The position numbers were made by a program, and so were the translations under genes. A model generated the notes under the pieces. That model was given only the letters and a program-made list of their open reading frames with translations. It had not been told where the DNA came from and ran no database searches. Shown here in pieces: positions 52,401-59,608 of a stretch of DNA of 64,000 nt. The stretch is from an uncultured Gemmatimonadales bacterium (GTDB lineage: Bacteria; Gemmatimonadota; Gemmatimonadetes; Longimicrobiales; Longimicrobiaceae): the NCBI GenBank assembly GCA_963716255.1, contig OY970303.1:3584001-3648000 (forward strand), given 5' to 3'. Positions within the stretch are counted from its first letter, which is position 1; the number at the start of each line of letters is the position of its first letter.

Positions 52401-52835
52401 AGCGGACACGCCAGCGGCCACATGGAGCCGATCGTGGAGGGTGACCGGTTGGCCCTGCATTACCAGGACGACGCGCTGAGGCTTCGCCCCGCGGGGAACA
52501 CGGCCGTGGCGGAGGTCCTGAACGGACGGGCAGCCCTGTACGTGCAGGACGCCCCCGGGCTGAACAACCTAGACTGGAGCCCTGGTGCCTTGCAGCGAAC
52601 CCTCCAGCAGGTGGTGTCTGCGAGACCGGGGAGCCTCGGGAGTCTCCCGCGCGGTGACCTGGCCCACTTCCGACCGAGTCTGCTCTCCACGGTGGAGACA
52701 CCCGAACGGTACCGGCTGCGTGCCAATCCGGCGCCGGCCCTGCGCACCTACCGGGGATACCGGGCGAACGAAAGGTGCGAAAGGCAGGCGGATGCACCCG
52801 ATTGCCCCCGGGTGTACGTAGTGACGGTGGAGTGA
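49434..52835 (+). CDS. Large uncharacterised protein (1133 aa) with an N-terminal TM/signal segment
   Basis: Long ORF in a coupled operon; motif-like blocks [32 protein letters not shown], LWFGP. Confidence 0.8.
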   Translation: [1133 protein letters not shown]

Positions 52836-52842
52836 GCGTCTC

Positions 52843-55755
52843 ATGGTCCCGTTGGTGGACGGCTGGGAAGCGCTCCAGGTCAGGTTCGACAAAGCAGAGG
52901 ATCGTCTCCGGAGCGGGGAATACGGTGCCGCGCTGGACGCTTATCGCGATCTCCTCGCTGCCCGCCTGGCGGAGCACCTCCGCGCGGGCAACACGCTCGA
53001 CGAGACGGACGGGGTCGTGGCGGAGCGACTCGCGGACGTGGCGGTGCTCCTCGGAGAAACGCGCGCGGCCGACGATCTGCTCGGGGCGCTCGCCGACGCT
53101 CTCACGCAGGCCGGAAACACGGTGGGCGCGAGCTACGTCTCGCTCAAGCGCGCCCTGGTGGCGTCGGGTCTAGGGAAACCGGGTCCGGCTTTCGCCGTGC
53201 TGCGGTCCCTGGAACCGAGCGTCGGCAGCCTGGAGGAGATCGAATTCAGCGCCTCGGGCCTGTCCCGCTGGGAACGCCGGTGCCGGTGGCAGAGCGCGGG
53301 AGAAGCGGACTTCGCGATCCTCCTCTCCCAGTTCTACCTCGTCACGGGCACCCTGCTTTCGATGCTGGGAAACTACGCGAACGCAGAAGCTGCCCTGCGC
53401 CGCGGACTGCATTACACACGTGGCGCCGCTCCACAGCTGGCTCTCCTGAGCGCGACCCCGCTACGCCTGGCCCTGGCGGGAGCAATGCTCGAGAAGGGCG
53501 AGCTGAGCTCCGCCACGGTGGAACTCGGGAAATTGTCCCCCGCCGTCCTGCAGGGGCAACCTGGCTGGACCGTGCGCAGCCTGGAGTTGCTGGCGACGGT
53601 CGCGCTCCTTCGCGGAAAGATGGGAACGGCCCTGGAGCACCTGCGGCACGTCGTCCAGCTCTGCGAGGCTGCAGGCTTCCACGGGGCGAGCGCCCGCGCG
53701 CGTATGAACCTCGCCCACGCCCTGATCCTCCTCAACCAGACACACGCGGCTCGCCGGCTCCTTGCGCAGATGGAGCGCGAGGGTCCCGGGAGCGGCCGGG
53801 AGACGGCAGCGCGTGCGGCCTGGCTGCTCCTCGTGGCGGACGCACGCGGGAGGTCCCTCGCTCCGCGGGTCCTGTCCGGCTTCGAAGCATGGGGCGGAGG
53901 TGTCGAGGACGGAGATGCCGAAGGACCAGCGGCTTCCGGGGTCGCGCCGGAGCTTCCGGAGCCGGCAAGCCACCTGGCCCTCTTCGACGATCTCGCGCTT
54001 GCATTCTACTGGGATCTCGGCCGGCAGGATTTCAAGGGAGCTGAGCACCGCCTCACGGACATGCGCGACGTGTTCTCAAGCTGCGATTCGGAACTGATCG
54101 CCGTCCGCCTCGCCGTCCTTTCCGGCGTCCTGACGTACTACTGCGGGAGGTTTGCCGATGCGGAGGCCGTTTTCCGCGCCACGCTCCCGCGGCTCGGAGA
54201 GCTGGGCCTGAAACCGGAGGAGTGGCAAGCCCTCCGCTTCATGGGGTGGTGCAGCGTACGTCGGGGTCGTCCAGAAAGCCAAACGCGTTTCGCCGTGCAG
54301 AAATCGACGGTGCTCCTGCAGGAGCTTGCCGATTCGCTGGGGCCGAGCGACCGGGTCCTCTTTCTCCTCAACAAGTGGACAGCGGACGAAGAGCACCTCG
54401 TAGGTGAGGTGGACGCACTGATCCGGACGCGCGAGGCGTGGGCCGCGAGCCCGTGGTGGCGCCCCCTCTCCCATGGCCGCCTGGTCGCCCGACTGCACGA
54501 CCTGCTCTCGCAGATCGATCGCCACAAAGCGGACGTGGCGCTCGAGCACGTGCGGGGCGCGGCCTCGGGGCGCCATGAGGGTAGCCCAGAAGCCGTGTCG
54601 ATCTGGCGGCGGCTCCTCTCTCACCCGAGGGACCGGGCCACGCTGACGTTCCTCGTGCTTCCGGATCGGGTCGTCGCGATCGTCTCGGGGTGGCTGCTCC
54701 TGGATTTCTCCGTCATGCCGCTTACGCGGGTACGGTTGCGGGAAGAGGTACGTCGCTGGCATGAGCTTGCGAGTGGGTTCGCTGAAGGAGAGGCGCCAGA
54801 AAAACGTGCGGACGAGCGGACCGGCGTGGTCGACCGGTTGACCGCCGAACTGGGCCTGCAGGCCCTCCTGGACCGTCTCCCCGACCGGGTTCGGGCGCTC
54901 ACGCTGGTACCGGATGACGCGCTCCACGGCTTTCCCTTCGCTGCGGTCCGCGTCAGGGACCGCTACATGATCGAAGAGTACGCGCTCAACTTTGCGTTCT
55001 CCTCGCTTCCCGGCAGGAGGCGGGAGCGGACGGTCGGAAACGCGCTCCTAGTGGGCATCGGCCGCGGCACCGACGAGTATCCGCCGCTGCCTAACATCCG
55101 TGGGGAGATGGACGCCGTCCAGCGGTGGCTGGAAGATCATGGCGTCGAACCGCTCAGGATGGACGAGGACTCGGGGTGCCCGGCGTCACGGGAGTCGCTC
55201 ATGGCCGCGCTTCAGGAGTCGGGCTTCTTTCACGCCGCCTGTCACGGCCGTTTCGCCCCCGACGAGCCCGAGCGTTCCGGACTTCTGCTCGATCCCGCGA
55301 GCGGAGAGATGCTTACCCTGCGAGACCTGGCAACGCTCGCGCTCGGCGGCATGAGTCACGCGACGCTCTCGTCGTGCTGGTCCGCGGACAGCTACGTGCT
55401 TCCGGGCCGCTGGATCGTGAGCCTGCCCGAGACGCTGTGCCGGGTGGGAGCCGCAAGCGTGCTCGCGAGTCTCTGGCCTCTGGAGGATCAGTTCGGACGG
55501 GCGTTCCAGGAGACATTCTACAGGGGTCTCGATGGGCTGCCGCGGGACCAGGCGCTCCGACGGGCACAACTCGCCGCTTTCAGCGGCTCGCTCCCCGGCG
55601 CCGAGGGGACCTGGACCGCAGACCCGGTGTTCTGGGCCGGTCTGCAGCTATACGGCGACCCCGGCCGGCTCCGGTTCGCTGCGAATCCTGTGGCCCACCT
55701 TCGGGACGGTAAGTCTGGACCGTTCATCCAACCTTTCGGCCAAGGCCATCTATGA
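52843..55755 (+). CDS. TPR-CHAT domain (caspase-like, clan CD) protease
   Basis: N-terminal TPRs; LVPDDALHGFPFAA, catalytic His in FHAACHG, catalytic Cys in LSSCWS, LASLW, FWAGLQLYG. Confidence 0.92.
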   Translation: MVPLVDGWEALQVRFDKAEDRLRSGEYGAALDAYRDLLAARLAEHLRAGNTLDETDGVVAERLADVAVLLGETRAADDLLGALADALTQAGNTVGASYVSLKRALVASGLGKPGPAFAVLRSLEPSVGSLEEIEFSASGLSRWERRCRWQSAGEADFAILLSQFYLVTGTLLSMLGNYANAEAALRRGLHYTRGAAPQLALLSATPLRLALAGAMLEKGELSSATVELGKLSPAVLQGQPGWTVRSLELLATVALLRGKMGTALEHLRHVVQLCEAAGFHGASARARMNLAHALILLNQTHAARRLLAQMEREGPGSGRETAARAAWLLLVADARGRSLAPRVLSGFEAWGGGVEDGDAEGPAASGVAPELPEPASHLALFDDLALAFYWDLGRQDFKGAEHRLTDMRDVFSSCDSELIAVRLAVLSGVLTYYCGRFADAEAVFRATLPRLGELGLKPEEWQALRFMGWCSVRRGRPESQTRFAVQKSTVLLQELADSLGPSDRVLFLLNKWTADEEHLVGEVDALIRTREAWAASPWWRPLSHGRLVARLHDLLSQIDRHKADVALEHVRGAASGRHEGSPEAVSIWRRLLSHPRDRATLTFLVLPDRVVAIVSGWLLLDFSVMPLTRVRLREEVRRWHELASGFAEGEAPEKRADERTGVVDRLTAELGLQALLDRLPDRVRALTLVPDDALHGFPFAAVRVRDRYMIEEYALNFAFSSLPGRRRERTVGNALLVGIGRGTDEYPPLPNIRGEMDAVQRWLEDHGVEPLRMDEDSGCPASRESLMAALQESGFFHAACHGRFAPDEPERSGLLLDPASGEMLTLRDLATLALGGMSHATLSSCWSADSYVLPGRWIVSLPETLCRVGAASVLASLWPLEDQFGRAFQETFYRGLDGLPRDQALRRAQLAAFSGSLPGAEGTWTADPVFWAGLQLYGDPGRLRFAANPVAHLRDGKSGPFIQPFGQGHL

Positions 55756-56519
55756 GCATGAGCCGGTGGTATGCGAAGGAGGTACGAGACAATACCAGTT
55801 ACCTGCCTACGTGGCTGCCGATTGTTCGCGTCGCCCCGGGGGACGTGGGCCGCATTACCGACTTCCAGTTTACTCCGCTCGGGAACCTTGGCCACTTCGG
55901 TGTTCCTTTCCATCTGGAGGAGGGGGGGGCGCCGTCCGACATCGAATACTACTCCGCGGGTTCGGTGTCGATAGCGCTCAAGCTCGCCGGCGAGGCCCCC
56001 GTGCCGGGCTCCGTGCTGACGCAGGCGGAGGCGGGTCTGAGGGTCACCTTCGGGAGGGAGAACGCAGTTGCGTTTCGCTGCTCCGGCTGCACGTCTGCCC
56101 GTATTCCGGACCAACTCTCTCTCGGAAAGCAGGTTCTCGCCCTCCATGAGCGTGGGGAGTGGCCGGAAGATCTGGTCGTCGTGACGGAGGTCATCTCCGC
56201 GGGCGCGGCGACGGTGCTCATCTCCAGCGCGGTGAACGCGAGCGTCGACCTGCGGGCGGGCGGCAGGATCGGTTCCGGTCCCGTCAACCTGGCCGCGGGG
56301 GATGCCGGGTTCCAGGTCGTCCGCGCTTCGAACATGGGGATGCAGGTGGTGGCGGAGACCGGGCTCACACCCCTGATCCGCACCTCGGGGGTGAGAGCGC
56401 GCCTGTTCCGCCCCAGAGTGTTTCGCGGAGGAGGGCCACGAAGGCCGGGCGAGCCGTCCCTGCGCTTCGTGGACGTATCGTACGACGACTACGAGGACAG
56501 CCCGCCGATTTCCGACTGA
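55752..56519 (+). CDS. Probable gasdermin-like pore-forming protein
   Basis: 255 aa; YLPTWLP...VAPGDVG N-terminus, beta-rich middle, W...VVVTEV, LTPL, then a short low-complexity tail; ATG overlaps the CHAT stop. Confidence 0.72.
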   Translation: MSMSRWYAKEVRDNTSYLPTWLPIVRVAPGDVGRITDFQFTPLGNLGHFGVPFHLEEGGAPSDIEYYSAGSVSIALKLAGEAPVPGSVLTQAEAGLRVTFGRENAVAFRCSGCTSARIPDQLSLGKQVLALHERGEWPEDLVVVTEVISAGAATVLISSAVNASVDLRAGGRIGSGPVNLAAGDAGFQVVRASNMGMQVVAETGLTPLIRTSGVRARLFRPRVFRGGGPRRPGEPSLRFVDVSYDDYEDSPPISD

Positions 56520-56652
56520 AGGACCTGGCTCCGCAGCCTCGCGTGGGCAGCCGTGCGGAACCCTGCCCGGCACAGCGCCCACTTGGCCACCACGCCGCGT
56601 TCGCGCCCCGGCTCGAGCCGAGGGGGAGCAGATCCCGCCCGGGTCCGGTCGA

Positions 56653-58701
56653 TCAGGGTCGACCAGGTGCCGCGTCACCCTGCGGAAGCACCTGTGCCTC
56701 CAGGCGGCTCGCCGCCTCCGGGCTCACCCAGACGCGGTGGGCCGCGCGGATGAAATCGTCCTCGCGGGCCTCGTAGATGCTGGGCACGTACCGCTGCGGG
56801 TTGCGGTCGAAGAGCGGAAACCAGCTGCTCTGCACCTGCACCATCACCCGGTGCCCCTTCCGGAAGGTGTGGAGCACGTCCGGAAGGCGGAACGAGACCT
56901 CGGTCACCCGGTCCGGCTGGAAGGGGGCCGGGGCGCTGAAGGAGTCGCGGAAGCGCCCGCGCATGATCTCGCCGCGGACGAGCTGCTGGTAGCCGCCCAG
57001 CCGGACCGTGGAGTCCGGCGAAGGGGGCCCGCCCGGTCCGGCGGGCGGGTACACGTCGATCAGCTTGACCACGAAGTCCGCGTCGGTGCCCGTCGTGCTC
57101 ACCCACAGGCGGGCGGTGATCTCGCCGCCGAAGGTGACGTCCTCCGGCAGCGCGCCGGTCTGGAACACGGCGACGTCCGGACGCGACACAAAGCAGCGCT
57201 GATCGTCGCTCATGTAGCGGAACAGCACACCCTCCTCGATCGTCTGTCCCGAGCACCGGGACGGGACCGGCCGGTGCGGATCGCTCGCGTACTCCACGAA
57301 CGCCGGGCCGCCCGCAGGGGACGACGCGGCCAGCGCGCCGTCCCCGCGAAGGAAGTAGTCCCGCCGCGCCGCCTCCGGCGCCGGCCAGGCGTCGAACCGG
57401 ACCCACGCCCTGCGTCCCGTGTCGAACATCAGCGCGCCGGCCGGTGCCGCCCGCGCGCCCTTCAGGTGCGCGCGAAAGAACGCAGCCTCCACGTCCCGCT
57501 GGTACGCCGTCTCCAGGGAGTCACCGAAGTACAGGTCGCCGTGCGTGGTATGCGTAACTCCGCGCGCGGCCCAGCCCCGGTGCCCGAACGGCCCCATCAC
57601 CAGCGAGGCGTTCGTGCCGCCGTTCGCGCGCAGCGCGCGGTACGCCGCCAGCGTCCCCCACAGGTTCTCGGCGTCGAACCAGCCGCCCACCACCAGGACG
57701 GGATGGGTGACGCGGGACAGGTGCGGGACCATGGAACGCGCCCGCCAGAACGCATCGTAGTCGGGATGCGCGGCGATCTGCCGCCACCACAGGTTCTCCG
57801 GGTAGATGCGGGCGGTGACGTTGCGAAGCGGACCCAGCCCCAGCTGGTAGGCGTAGTCGTCCCCCATCCCGTGCGCGGCGACGCGCAGGTATTCGGGGAG
57901 CCACCAGTGCGACGCGGTCGGCTCCGGACGCGGTACGCCGAAGACCGGGTAGGCGTAGAAGTGCCCCTGGAGCAGCGCGCCGTTGTGGTGAAAGTCCTCG
58001 AAGAAGAAGTCCATCACCGGCGCCTGGAGCGACGAGGCCACGATGGCCGGGTGCCCGGACAGCGCGGCCGCCGCGGCGTAGTAGCCCCCGTAGCTCACCC
58101 CCAGCAGGCCCACCCGCCCGTCGTGCGCGGGAAGGTTGCGGACGAGCCACTCGACGGTGTCGAACCCGTCCGTGACCTCGTCCGTCGCGCGCGCGTCTCG
58201 CAGCCGCACCGAATCGGCCAGCAGCGGCCGGACGTTCTCGAAATCGCCCTCCGAAAGGTACCGCCCCCGCACCTCCTGGTTGACGAAGATGTACCCATCC
58301 CGGAGCGCGAAGGTGGACGGGCCCAGCGTAGCGGGATACGCGCCGGGACCGTACGGCCCCACCGGGAACGGCGTGCGCTGGAGGATGACCGGATAGCGGC
58401 GCCGGGGCGTCGCGTCCCTGGGCACGTACACCACGGTGAACAGCCGCACCCCGTCGCGCATGGGAATGCGCTCTTCGTGCTTGACGTAGTGCTCCGCGAT
58501 GAACGCCGAATCGGTGACCTCGGCGGACTGCCCGGCGAGCGCCGCCGCGCTGCCAAGGAGCAGCGCCAGCACCGGCGTGGACGACCGCCGGAACGGCCGG
58601 AGCATCGCCGTGCGCGTCGCCTGGAGCCACGTCCGCCGCCCCCCGGTCTCGTGCTCCACGCAGCCGGTGCGCGCGCTGGATTCGACGCTTGGTGCATCCA
58701 T
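56653..58701 (-). CDS. CocE/NonD-family hydrolase (alpha-amino acid ester hydrolase-like)
   Basis: IPMRDGVRL, RTP, RGRYLSEG, GVSYGG nucleophile, GGWFDAE, QSSWFPLFDRNPQ; start 58701 or 58605. Confidence 0.92.
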   Translation of the reverse strand: MDAPSVESSARTGCVEHETGGRRTWLQATRTAMLRPFRRSSTPVLALLLGSAAALAGQSAEVTDSAFIAEHYVKHEERIPMRDGVRLFTVVYVPRDATPRRRYPVILQRTPFPVGPYGPGAYPATLGPSTFALRDGYIFVNQEVRGRYLSEGDFENVRPLLADSVRLRDARATDEVTDGFDTVEWLVRNLPAHDGRVGLLGVSYGGYYAAAAALSGHPAIVASSLQAPVMDFFFEDFHHNGALLQGHFYAYPVFGVPRPEPTASHWWLPEYLRVAAHGMGDDYAYQLGLGPLRNVTARIYPENLWWRQIAAHPDYDAFWRARSMVPHLSRVTHPVLVVGGWFDAENLWGTLAAYRALRANGGTNASLVMGPFGHRGWAARGVTHTTHGDLYFGDSLETAYQRDVEAAFFRAHLKGARAAPAGALMFDTGRRAWVRFDAWPAPEAARRDYFLRGDGALAASSPAGGPAFVEYASDPHRPVPSRCSGQTIEEGVLFRYMSDDQRCFVSRPDVAVFQTGALPEDVTFGGEITARLWVSTTGTDADFVVKLIDVYPPAGPGGPPSPDSTVRLGGYQQLVRGEIMRGRFRDSFSAPAPFQPDRVTEVSFRLPDVLHTFRKGHRVMVQVQSSWFPLFDRNPQRYVPSIYEAREDDFIRAAHRVWVSPEAASRLEAQVLPQGDAAPGRP

Positions 58702-58887
58702 GGGGAGATCGCCTTCACCGGGGAATCGGGGTGATGCGAGAAAGCTGCTCCGCCCCCGGGATGCCGTCAATCTTGATTTCGCAATCAATCCATGTAACTG
58801 CGAACGGGCAGCCGGCTGGAGTATCGTTTCGGCCGTGTGTACCTTGGAATCGCACCGCGTCGATCTCCCCAACTCCAACGGGTCCGC

Positions 58888-59367
58888 ATGGAAAGTGAAC
58901 TGCTGCGGGAGCAGCTCCTGGAGACGTGGGAGATCCACGCCCGCATCAACCTGTACCTGCTGGACGCCGTCCCGCCCGGGGCGCTGGGCGACGTGTCCGC
59001 GTCGAAAGGCCGCACCGTGGGCGAGCAGTTCGCGCACGTGCACAACGTGCGGCTGATGTGGCTCAAGGAGGCCGCACCCGAGCTGATGGCGGGGCTCGCC
59101 AGGGTGGAAAAGGACGCCGCCGCCGATCCCGCCCTCCTCCGGCGCTCGCTGGAAGCTTCCGCCGTCGCGGTCTCCGCCCTGCTGGCGAAAGCGCTCGCGG
59201 CCGGCGGAAAGGTGCGCGGCTTCAAGCCCCACGCGGCCGCTTTCCTGGGCTACCTGGTCGCCCACGAGTCGCACCACCGCGGGCAGATCGCGCTGACGCT
59301 CAAGCAGGCCGGGCACCCGCTGGACCGGAAGGCCGCGTACGGACTGTGGGAGTGGGGCGTGCGCTGA
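58888..59367 (+). CDS. DinB-family protein
   Basis: FAHVHNVR, HESHHRGQI. Confidence 0.9.
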   Translation: MESELLREQLLETWEIHARINLYLLDAVPPGALGDVSASKGRTVGEQFAHVHNVRLMWLKEAAPELMAGLARVEKDAAADPALLRRSLEASAVAVSALLAKALAAGGKVRGFKPHAAAFLGYLVAHESHHRGQIALTLKQAGHPLDRKAAYGLWEWGVR

Positions 59368-59509
59368 CCTGCGCAAACGTGTGTCTCCCGGGTTCCACAG
59401 GTGCGGTGGGCACGCAGCGAAACCGCGAAAAACGGATTGGCGGCGCCGGCGTGTCGGCACCGCCTAACTGAAGTCCCGCTTCGAATTACCGAACCGTTAC
59501 CTGGTTCAA

Positions 59510-59538
59510 TTGACTTAAGACAATACCTAACTTATCTT
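59510..59538 (+). promoter_or_regulatory. Putative sigma70 promoter of the nuclease gene
   Basis: TTGACT-N17-TATCTT about 70 bp upstream of ATG 59609. Confidence 0.6.
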
Positions 59539-59608
59539 TGCCTCGCGCCTCCACCCGACCGGCGTGGTCCAGGTGCGTCCGTCCGATCCCCACAAACCTA
59601 TCCAATCC

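Noticed and set aside
47199..56652. Island as a defined mobile element
   Set aside because: No integrase, transposase, tRNA or flanking direct repeats seen; only a compositional shift.
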